The notes beneath the pieces were generated by a model that worked only from the letters and a program-made list of their open reading frames with translations, had not been told where the DNA came from and made no database searches. A stretch of 63,462 nt of DNA, the filler included, from Stramenopiles sp. TOSAG23-6 (Eukaryota): assembly GCA_900128565.1 (NCBI GenBank). It is 22 parts of 22 records of this genome, joined end to end, with 100 filler letters (N's around TTAATTAATTAA, not from the genome) between each part and the next. Parts side by side here need not be neighbours in the genome. Positions count along the whole stretch, not along the records: positions 21,499 to 27,421 come from LT636799.1; positions 27,522 to 33,443 come from LT636800.1; positions 33,544 to 39,462 come from LT636801.1; 19 more parts are not named here. The stretch is one strand, 5' to 3'. Position 1 is the first letter of the stretch. Every line of letters begins with the position of its first letter. The position numbers and the translations under genes are program-made. Positions 23,746 to 33,642 of the stretch are shown here, piece by piece.

Positions 23746-25191
23746 ATGGATTATGGGGGTGATGGTGAATATGGTGGTCATAGTGGAATTCTATACAAAC
23801 GAAAGATCAAAAAAAATATCGCAGGTAGAGAAAAACTTACAAAATGGCGAAAACGTTTCTGCCTTCTCGCATCGCCATCCACGCCAGATGGATCCCGTTT
23901 TTTAACGTATTATGTAAGCAAGGCTGCTTTCGAAAAGCGTCAAAAACCTAAAGGCGCTATACGCATAAATGCAAGTATGTCTGTTAAGCTTCATAGAGAT
24001 GTAGAAGAGAAATTTTCATTGACGACAAATAGTGGACAAGTCTACTATTTTCGAGCTGCCAACGCTTCAGATCGAGCTATATGGTATGAAAATATAAGTG
24101 CTGAAATTGCACAGTTGAGTGGTGGCCGGATTAGAGGCTTTGGTAATGAATCAGTTACTTTATTTTCTCGTGAGGGTTGGCTAATAAAAGGCGATGGATT
24201 ACGAAAACATCGAAGATTCTTTCAACTTCAAGGAAATTTACTTTCATACTATAAAACAGAGAAAAAGAAAAAAAGCAATCACATTGGTGATATTAGTCTA
24301 AAAGATGCAGTTGTAGATATTCCTGATAGACTTGGATTTTATTTTGAAATTACGGCAAATGAACCAAAACACAAGACATGTAAGTTTTATTTTTTTGAAA
24401 ATTTGAATTTTTTTTTTATAGTAAATTTTGTACCTAACAATTTTTTTTTTAAGAAAATTTTGAAATATTTTTCCAAAAATACATATATTCTAAAAGCAGA
24501 ATCTCTTGATTCACGACATGCGTGGATATCAGCAATTGAAGGCAATATTGCCCTAAGTAGAGCAAAAATTAGTGCAGAAAGTGTTCATGAAGGTAGCTTT
24601 AACACCGCAATGGAAGAGGCACATGCAAGAATGTCTTCTCGACTTGCTGGTGATGATCAAAGTATATCTTCAAACATTGGTTTAATAGATGAAAATAAGA
24701 AGAAAAAAAAGAAAACGAAAACGAAACCACAACCACCTGAAAAGGGGATTTCATTTAACGAGCGAATAAAGCGACTGAGTGTACAAAATTCAACATCTAC
24801 CGATTCGATTCATCCACCTCCACCTCCATCTGAAACACATCAAAATAAAATACAAAACTTTTCATCAGTCATTGACTCGACATGCGACGAGGATGGTGGT
24901 TTTTCAGTAATAAAAGAATTCAGTAGTTCTGGTACAATCGAAGTTAATTCTCATGATTTTGATGGTTTCAGTTTTGATGGGGAATCTACTGAAGAAGAGG
25001 AAGAAGAAGCAGAAGGAGGAGAGGGACATTTTAATTGTATTACAGAAAAACCATCTCACATTGAATCGGAAGAAAAATATTATTCCCCTGCGAAAAAAGT
25101 AACAAATATAAATACAACAGATTCTATATCGAAGGATATTCTGAATGAAACTGTAAATGAAACTGTAAATTCTGATGAGAAAACTGAATAA
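23746..25191 (+). CDS. Tandem PH-domain protein (intron 24380-24484)
   Basis: Two PH domains: SGILYK..WRKRFC..YFRA..RAIW and EGWLIK..RRFFQL..YILKA..RHAWI. Confidence 0.88.
   Translation: MDYGGDGEYGGHSGILYKRKIKKNIAGREKLTKWRKRFCLLASPSTPDGSRFLTYYVSKAAFEKRQKPKGAIRINASMSVKLHRDVEEKFSLTTNSGQVYYFRAANASDRAIWYENISAEIAQLSGGRIRGFGNESVTLFSREGWLIKGDGLRKHRRFFQLQGNLLSYYKTEKKKKSNHIGDISLKDAVVDIPDRLGFYFEITANEPKHKTCKFYFFENLNFFFIVNFVPNNFFFKKILKYFSKNTYILKAESLDSRHAWISAIEGNIALSRAKISAESVHEGSFNTAMEEAHARMSSRLAGDDQSISSNIGLIDENKKKKKKTKTKPQPPEKGISFNERIKRLSVQNSTSTDSIHPPPPPSETHQNKIQNFSSVIDSTCDEDGGFSVIKEFSSSGTIEVNSHDFDGFSFDGESTEEEEEEAEGGEGHFNCITEKPSHIESEEKYYSPAKKVTNINTTDSISKDILNETVNETVNSDEKTE
24380..24484 (+). other. Family intron, GT-AT, 105 nt (in frame)
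   Basis: gacAT|GTAAG..GTACCTAAC..CCAAAAATACAT|at att; restores the PH strand KTYILKAE. Confidence 0.82.
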
Positions 25192-25397
25192 TGATTTGTT
25201 TATATAAGGATCTGTACTAAACTTGAGTATATCGATTTTATAACTTTATTTGTCTACGTTTGTGAACTAGATTGAGTTACCAATTTTGAAACTTTTGCCC
25301 ATATAAAAACCATAAAAGATTTTTTTCAATATTTTGAATGTATAAATTTATACATTTCGTATTAAAAGATTTTTTCCAATATTTTGAATGTATGAAT

Positions 25398-27255
25398 TTA
25401 TACATTTCGTATTATTATACCACGTGGTTCAATCACTGGATTCACCATTGATATAAGCTGTTGCCGTCTAGACGAACGAAGTTTAGTAAGAATATTTTTT
25501 CTTTCTTTTATTTTTTTTCTATTTGTTTCCATTTTTATCTTTGGAGTTTCGTTTATACGTGACATTTGTACTTGGGCATAATCATTCATCATTTGACAAA
25601 AGTTCCGTTTATCATTTATTATAGATTTCCATTTTTGAATACCACTGTTTTGCAATATATATTTTAACAACGTTTTTGTTAGGTGTACATTTTCATTGTA
25701 AAAAACATATTCGTTTATGTACAAAATTTCGTATGAAAAACAAATAAATTTAAAATTCAATTTTCAAAACGTACATGTTTTGCATTTTGTCTAGAGGCTG
25801 TTCTGCCCATAATTCTTCATTACTATTTTCTATATTTTTACTGATTTCAATATTTTGAGAATTTTGGGAATTTTGAGGTATCAAAGAACAGATTTTTCTC
25901 ACAGCACGAAATCTAGGTGTTGCAGATTGTATTGCTGTTTCATGTATCATGAAAAACTATTACAATTTGTTTTTTTGTTAGGTACAAACTTTAGTACAAC
26001 AAAAAAAAATAGGGAAAAACAAATAATGAAAACCTACAGCGCGCTTCCTATTGGCAGTTACATGAAGTTTGTATTCAGCGATTTTCCCTTCTACACCTGA
26101 AATAGTATCAGAATAATTTGTGTCATTTATAGTATCATGAAAATTATCATTGTTTTTTTTTGCATTTTCTAATCGAATCACATCTGCAGGACGGATTGCA
26201 CTAGAACACCAATCCCAAAAAATACCACGAAGCCTTTTGCGATCGGAGGATGCATTCACCCATTGGATAGCTTGTAGCGATTCTTTCAGTTTTGAAGGAT
26301 TCATTGCAAGGTACATCTCAAAAGGTGTAAGTGACACTAACCCTAACCCTAACCCTAATTTTGTACCTAATTTTGTATCTAATTTTGTATTTATTTCATC
26401 TTTTGGCTGCTGTAAACGTTTCATTCGAGCACAGAGAGCAATTCGGCGTGTATCTAAAGCGTTCACCTCTCGTAGACGATATCTTAATCGTCCCACAACC
26501 AATGCAATTTCTTCACACTGAGTTTTTTTTAATTCGTGTATATTTTCGATATTTTCGATATTTTCAAATTGTTCTTTTCGTTTGATAAGAAAATTTCTAT
26601 TCAATAATGTAGGAGTTAATATATCATCGATTGCATCACGCCCCGCATGAAACACATGATCTGTCCCAATAGTGTCTATTGGGAAAGGGGGTAATCTCGT
26701 CGATACTTTGTGAACAACTTTGTATTTACTATTGGTATTGAACGTTTCACCTTTACAATCATCTGTCACGAAATCTTTTTCTGTGAAAAGTTCAGAATTT
26801 GACATACGAATCAACATTTCTTGTTCAAACTTTTGAAGAACTGAACTATTTGCTATAAGCCAACATAATGCAATGTATAACTCCCGAGATGAACAGTTAT
26901 TCAAACAAGTACCTCCGTGAAAATCCGCGTCTGATAGGTCTCTGTAACCCCATTCTATTAGATAATGTCTGACAAAATTATACACTATATCCAAATCTAT
27001 TCGATTGTTTACATCCATTTTTTCCCACAATGCCATAAGGCTAATATTGCCTTTCACAGAGGGCACTGAAAAATCAAGAATTCGAACCAATACTAACTCA
27101 TGCAGTGTACGAAGCAGCGTCACTTTTGCCTCAGACTTGTCAAATTTGCCACGCCTTAATGTCTCTGGGCTTATTGTTACTCCAAAGTATTTGAGAGAAT
27201 CACACACTAAATGCGCCGCTGCTTGAATGTCTTCTCGACATACACGACGCGCCAT
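25398..27255 (-). CDS. TEDC1: Tubulin epsilon and delta complex protein 1-like (3 exons)
   Basis: ISPETLRRGKFDK, SSRELYIALCWL and IFWDWCSS match TEDC1/C14orf80 motifs. Confidence 0.78.
25645..25774 (-). other. Family intron, GT-AG, 130 nt
   Basis: aacAT|GTACG..CACCTAAC..GCAAAACAG|t ggt joins in frame. Confidence 0.68.
25942..26037 (-). other. Family intron, GT-AT, 96 nt
   Basis: gct|GTAGGTTTTC..GTACCTAAC..ATGATACAT|gaa; removes the in-frame TAA. Confidence 0.72.
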
Positions 27256-27586
27256 TATTACACTTTTTGAACAGGGTAAGAATAGATGTACTTTTACTTA
27301 AAATGTAATGCAACTCTCAGATTCTCTCTTATAGCTTATTTATTTTGTTGACTTTTTAAGATTAGAGTGATTTTATTATCGCAATTTGCGGTCTGCATTT
27401 TTTTTTTGCGTAAAAATCTTCNNNNNNNNNNNNNNNNNNNNNNNNNNNNNNNNNNNNNNNNNNNNTTAATTAATTAANNNNNNNNNNNNNNNNNNNNNNN
27501 NNNNNNNNNNNNNNNNNNNNNTTTTTCGTACGAAATTTTGTACCTAACGATTTTTTTTGTTTTTGAAATATTTTTCCAAAATACAT

Positions 27587-29810
27587 TAATGTTAGAGTGT
27601 GAAGCTTTTGCTTGTGCAATGCAACTAGCTAAACGTGCAATGCAGAGAAGAAGTGGCTTTGTACGTTTTCATCGTGAATTTTAAATTTATTTTTGTTTTG
27701 GTTTTCGTACGAAATGTTGTACCTAACAAATGCTTTTTCTAAAAAAAAAATATTTCTTCACAACTCATGAAACCGGTCATGGAGGTGCAAACTCCAATAA
27801 AAAATACGAACCCAGCGGTTCTGTTGAAGCTCCACATTTGTTCTTCTGCACAATCCCAGATGACGTAAGCAGTGCGATGGCTCTAAAAGAAATCGTGAAA
27901 ATTCGTTGCGGTGAAAGTGTCTCGGAAGTTTTATACGTACGTTTTCATTATTAATTTTCAATTTATTTTTTTTTTGGTTTTCGTACGAAATTTTGTACCT
28001 AATTTTATTTTTTTTTTCGTACGAAATTTTAATTTTCTTATTTTCTTTTTGCTAAGAACATTTTGCACCTAACAAATTTTAAAATTAAAATGTATTTTTA
28101 CACATTACGTAGTGAATATCATCGTTGGCTTACTTTAGGTTTTACTCATTTGCTACCAAGAAATGCGTTATTACGCGTTTTTGATTGCGCTCTAAATGTA
28201 CGTTTTATTTTTTTTTCAATTTCGAATTTATTATTTTTTTTATACGAAATTTTGTACCTAACAAAAAACATTTTGAAATATTTTTCCAAAATAAATGAAG
28301 GATCGAAAATATTTTTTAGAATTGCTGTAGCTCTCATTTGGAGACACAAAGATTTCGTGACAAAATTAAAAAGTAATGTTATTGTGAATGATGTCAACTC
28401 ACTTGAAGGTAAAACACAAATTGAAAAAAACTCACTTGAAAGTAAATCGCAAATTGAAAAAAAAACGTCAAAGAAGAAAATTGAAAAAAAAACGTCAAAG
28501 AAGAAAATTGAAAAAAAAACGTCTAAGAAGAAAATAGAAAAAAAAACGTCTAAGAAGAAAATAGAAGCGGATCCAAATTACAACGTAGAAAAATTTGAGA
28601 AAGCAATTTGGCTAGATGCAATAGCAGATGCCGGTGCTACCATTCTTACGGTTGGTTTTTCATTTCCTAATTTTAAACGAGGACAACTCAAGAAACTTCG
28701 TCATAAAAGTTACAAGGATGATGCAAGGCCTGTGTTGCAGAGTCAAATGCAAGCTGTACTATTATCAAGTAGCAATCGATCAACTCAACAGGAAAGTAGT
28801 GATGGAAGTTTTGAAGTTGATTCAAGTAATGGTCCTAGAGTAAAGTGTCTTAAAGTGGTTGACACTAAAAGACGTACGTTTTCATTATGAATTTCAAATT
28901 TATTTTTTTTTTCGTACGAAATTTTGTACCTAACAAATTTAAATTTTTTTTTTGAAATATTTTTTACAATACATGTGCACAGATTCATCTTGTCCGAACA
29001 CCGATTGAAATTCATTCTGTTGATCGCTCAGATTCTGCCACTTCTGATATTTTAAGAGGTGTAAAAGGTCGTCGTCGTTGGTGGTTTCTCAAGGAGTGGT
29101 TGAATTTATCATGGTGTCTGGAACAGCCAGCATTATTATATTCAACTGGTTATCATGGATGGGGTCTGGAAAATTTGTTTGAAGCGAGTGCAAAACATTA
29201 TCAGAGACGTGTTAAAAAAAATGGTTTATGTCCTTCTTTATTAATTATAGAAACTGTTGATAGACAATGTTTTGGTGCTTTTATATACCACACTTTATCT
29301 CCACAGGTGTTTTGTAGTGGTAGAGATGCGGAAGCGCCTTTCTATTGGTTATTTCGATTTTCCAATTCAAAAACAGCGGAAGGTGAAGTTTTTAGATGGC
29401 AGATGCCTCTACCTGAAAGTATTGTGCCAAATAGTAGTACTGGTAGTACATTGAGTACCAATAGTCTTAGTAGTAGTGGCAGTGGTTATACTTCTGTAAA
29501 CAAAACCTCTGTATGTTCTCCAATTGTCATTAGTGAAGATGGGGATAAAGAGTACTCATTAGCAATCGGCGCCAGTAGACTTGGGGAAGCTCTATTTATT
29601 GATAGCTCATTGCATAGTGGTCACACGGACCCATGTTCTGAATTTGGTATTGATGAGGCCTCAACATTATGGAGAAAACCTGTCAGTACTCAGGAAAAAA
29701 ATATTGTTACAAATAATAATACTACTGAGAATGATGAAAATAATAACTCCGTGCAGTTTAAAGTGCGTTGTCTAGAAGTTCTATTATTACGTGGTGCAGG
29801 GAATCAATGA
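27587..29810 (+). CDS. TBC (Rab-GAP) plus TLDc domain protein, TBC1D24-like (5' truncated, 4 internal introns)
   Basis: Spliced TBC motif WLTLGFTHLLP..LRVFDCALNEGSKIFFRIAVAL; TLDc LLYSTGYHGWGLENL, LLIIET..FGAF, LFIDSSLHSG..C..F and F.VRCLEV. Confidence 0.82.
27661..27768 (+). other. Family intron, GT-AT, 108 nt
   Basis: ttt|GTACG..GTACCTAAC..CACAACTCAT|gaa. Confidence 0.7.
27937..28110 (+). other. Family intron with duplicated internal motifs; acceptor non-AG (GT by the spacing rule, uncertain)
   Basis: tac|GTACG.. two palindrome/branch boxes ..ACACATTACGT|agt gaa; the frame requires a phase-0 join. Confidence 0.55.
28198..28296 (+). other. Family intron, GT-AT, 99 nt (in frame)
   Basis: ctaaAT|GTACG..CCAAAATAAAT|gaa gga; restores DCALNEGSK. 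Confidence 0.88.
28874..28974 (+). other. Family intron, GT-AT, 101 nt
   Basis: aga c|GTACG..TACAATACAT|gt gca; links the TBC exon in frame to TLDc ORF 29100. Confidence 0.78.
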
Positions 29811-29975
29811 TATACATATATACCTATTTAATATTTAATACAAAAATATCCCCATTTAATTGTTTAGTCGTTTAGTCTTTCATAGTTATAAGCTGTTTAA
29901 TTATTTAGTCTTATTTATAAATATTTTGTATAATCATTAGAATACTGTGTCAACGTTGACTGCGTATACTTTTTT

Positions 29976-32210
29976 TTATAGTTGTATAACATTTACATCA
30001 GCATCAAAAGATTTTTCCGAATCTGACTTTGGGTCCTCAAGTGATCCACCAAACCCATTTTCATTTATATTCCAATGTTGTTTTTCCATTTCTCCTGGAA
30101 TTACAATTTCAGTCTCATTTTCCTCTTCAGTGTCATCAAGACTGATATCACTATCGATGTCTTCACTACCAGATGAAACATCACCTATATTATCTACATC
30201 ATCATCATTTATATCCGGAGAAACCTCGTTAGTAGAACCTTTTGAAATTGCCTCTTGGATTACTGAAGTACAGGTAAATGTTTCTGAAATTGTCTCTGAT
30301 GTTGCCGATTTTTTACACGTAAATTTTGGTATCGGAGGAGGTAATATTTTTTCTGGATGAAGTACTTTAATTTGATCTAGTTCTGGTCCTTGTGATGAAT
30401 GCATAGTAGAAAAATCTGGTAATGATTCATTTGGATACATAAATATTGTAGTTAGTGCTATTATCGCTTGAGATAATTCTGGTTCGCGAAACAATGTTCT
30501 GTCTTGATTTTTGCTACTGTTTTCCTTTGTGTCATTATCATTAGAATCATTTGAATCATTAGAATCATTTGGACTATTTAAGGAGTTTGGAGACATAAAT
30601 AATACTAAGACGAATTGGCTAGCAATTGTTTTAGCTCTCTTTTCGGTTGTTTCAATATCATCTTTTGATGTGACTAGTTTGAATATTAAATTTCGGATTA
30701 TAAAAGATAATGCATATAAATGTTGGGGTGGGACTAGTAGTGTCTTATTATCAAATAACATTTTGATTGTTGCACATCGATCACTGACATCTGGAACACG
30801 CGCAGCTCCTAACAAGGCATAGAAACATGTAACTGGAATATTATTGTGAAAATATGCCAAAAAAATTGTTTTTTTGTTAGGTACAAAATTTCACACAAAA
30901 CAAAATTTAGGTAAAAAATTCATGATGAAAACATACATAATTGGTGTATTTAGCAATTTGAACCATTTCGATAAAAGCCTTCCAACAGAGAGAATTGCTA
31001 CTTGACCAGTGCCAATGTCTTTCTCTAAATTCAAATGACAACCCTCATCGTATTGATTACACAAATGATCTAATAAATCATTTATTTTTGAGTTATCAGC
31101 GACATCTGATGGAACTTCACCAGAAAATAAATAAGTGATATTAGTATCAAGAGCAAATGTACTGAGATACGAAACACAATCAGTCAATATGACTGGCAAT
31201 CTCCCATGTGACTTCAATGTAACACCAAAAACACCTCCATTTTGTGTGAGATTTATCTTTTTAATACAATTTGCTTCATGCTCCTTGTTGACCACTGCAG
31301 CAAGTTCTTCAGGTGGTGGTATTTTAGTCTCGACAGAATGTATGACATTGCTGTTATATTTTACAAGTAATTTTTGCAGGTGACAAAAATTTTGAATGGC
31401 ATTGCATAAAAATATTGAACGTGCTGATATATTATGAAAAAATATTTCAAAAAAAAATCGTTAGGTACAAAATTTAGTACGAAAAAAAAACGAATTTGAA
31501 AAAAAAAGAATACATACATCCTTTGACTTTTTTCATAATATTAAACACTTCTCTATTACACATGACAATTTTATTCCGCGTTTCTTCTAAAATTTGATAT
31601 TTTTTAGATAGTCCGATGTATTGTGAATCATATATTTTTTTCGGTTTAAAAATATATATAAAGTACAAAATTTTGGTACAGTTTTTTTGTTTTTTTTTGG
31701 AAATTCAATTTTGAAAACATACATATTTGTGGCTGTTTGATCATCTCCATTTTCACTTTCGGAGTGAATTTCCTGCTTATAAAATCGATAGTCAATTAAT
31801 AGTTCTTCACGTCTCGCAAACAATTGCTTTAGCAAAGGCATTTCAGCTTCAAATCCTTCAAGTGGTGTTAATAATAAGTCCTGGCTTACATCGACGAAGT
31901 GATACTGCATGAAGCCTCTGACTAAAGCTTCCGCACATTCACTGTTGCAGTCATGATTACTTTTGAAGCTGAAGATAGATTTTGCGTATTGTAATGCAGC
32001 ATCATTAGCTGCTTGCTGTTTCTTGATGAAATCAATTGCTGAGTGCTTTATCAAACTTAAAGAAGTTTCTATATCTTTGCTTTCGTCCATTTCAGTGAGA
32101 AAAGCCATTTCATCAAAGTCTTTTTTTATCGAAGCAGAAGTTCCAAGAGAATCACGCGCTTTCGTAAGTACTGAACGACCAAACAATTCTAATTTCCTAG
32201 AAAAATTCAT
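29976..32210 (-). CDS. BAR-like coiled-coil plus degenerate RhoGAP protein (4 exons)
   Basis: N-terminal helical BAR-like region (RREELLIDY); RhoGAP-like VFGVTL..LPVILTDCVSYL and VGRLLSKWFKLLNTPIIP. Confidence 0.7.
30838..30936 (-). other. Family intron, GT-AT, 99 nt
   Basis: attAT|GTATG..CAATAATAT|t cca; restores RhoGAP PIIP. Confidence 0.78.
31427..31517 (-). other. Family intron, GT-AT, 91 nt
   Basis: ggAT|GTATG..CATAATATAT|ca gca. Confidence 0.72.
31616..31722 (-). other. Family intron, GT-AT, 107 nt
   Basis: aatAT|GTATG..CACAATACAT|c gga; branch box is degenerate. Confidence 0.7.
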
Positions 32211-32452
32211 GATTCGTTTGGGCGAAATTAAACGTTCTGCAAGTTAGTTAGTTATAAGATCTTCTTGACGTGTTTTTTAGTTTTGCGTTGTTTTTGCAGA
32301 AAAAAAAAGATTTTTTTTTCGAATTTTAATTTTTTGGAATCGGGATTTATTTCGTGTATTATCGATACACAGCAGAAACAACAGTCAGTCTTCTTTTTCG
32401 TTCGTATACCAAAACAACAAGAGTGAACCTCTTCGTCACTATACAACTAAAA

Positions 32453-33163
32453 ATGTCCCGAGATGAAAGGATGAAAATGATTATTCGATCATTACCTGCA
32501 CTTGCAATGGGTTTTATTGGAGTCAATGCAGCCTATCGTGGATATCGAAAGCTAGCTTATCCAGAGCCAGGTTTTGGTCGTACTTCAAACCCAAGAGTAT
32601 TTCTTCGATTAGAGGCAGTGCACAGGACTCAGTTTAATGTTCACACAGAATCTCTTGGTACCATTGTGTTGGAACTTCGTTCCGATATTGTACCTAGAAC
32701 ATCTGAAAACTTTCGTGCCCTTTGTACACATGAGCATGGGTACGGATACCGACGATCAAAGATACACCGTGTTAGAAAAGGTTTACTTCAAGGTGGTGAC
32801 ATTGAATACGAAAATGGTCTTGGTGGTAAGTCGATATATGGTCGGACGTTTGCGGATGAAAATTTTCAATTAAATCACACTGCAGGTACAATAACTATGG
32901 CTAACCATGGTAAAGATAGTAATAACTCTCAATTTGTACTGTTATCAAAAGATGCGCCTTGGTTGGATGGAATTCATGTGGCCTTTGGGCGAGTCATTGA
33001 TGGCATGGACGTCATAGAATATATCAATGAAAAATATGCAAAAGAGGAAAGTATAGTTGAAGCAAGTATTGATAATAGTGAATTAGATAATGATCAATTG
33101 TCTGTGACTCCGTCAAAGGTTGCAATTAGAATAGTAGACTGTGGCGAATTAGAACCAGAATAA
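32453..33163 (+). CDS. Cyclophilin-type peptidyl-prolyl isomerase with N-terminal hydrophobic extension
   Basis: VPRTSENFRALCT, QGGD, GGKSIYG.TFADENF, MANHGKDSNNSQF and WLDGIHVAFGRV. Confidence 0.95.
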   Translation: MSRDERMKMIIRSLPALAMGFIGVNAAYRGYRKLAYPEPGFGRTSNPRVFLRLEAVHRTQFNVHTESLGTIVLELRSDIVPRTSENFRALCTHEHGYGYRRSKIHRVRKGLLQGGDIEYENGLGGKSIYGRTFADENFQLNHTAGTITMANHGKDSNNSQFVLLSKDAPWLDGIHVAFGRVIDGMDVIEYINEKYAKEESIVEASIDNSELDNDQLSVTPSKVAIRIVDCGELEPE

Positions 33164-33550
33164 AAGTCTACATTCAAATTTATTTTTTTATCTTTAGGTA
33201 CAAAATTCACTACGAAAAAAAACTGAAAATTTTGTACTTACGAAACGATTTTTATTTGTATGTTTACACTGGTGATGCCGTGCCACTATTCGTTGCATTA
33301 CTCATTAATCTCTCTTGAATTAGGTAGTCACCAGCTAATCTTTTTTTTTCAATATGACTTCTTTCGTCACTATTCTGATTGTTGGTCATGTATTTTGGAA
33401 AAATATTTCAAAAAAAAAAACTTAAATTTGTTAGGTACAAAATNNNNNNNNNNNNNNNNNNNNNNNNNNNNNNNNNNNNNNNNNNNNTTAATTAATTAAN
33501 NNNNNNNNNNNNNNNNNNNNNNNNNNNNNNNNNNNNNNNNNNNAAAAAAA

Positions 33551-33582
<32 letters not shown>

Positions 33583-33598
33583 TTTTTGGGATAAAAAT

Positions 33599-33638
<40 letters not shown>

Positions 33639-33642
33639 GTAC

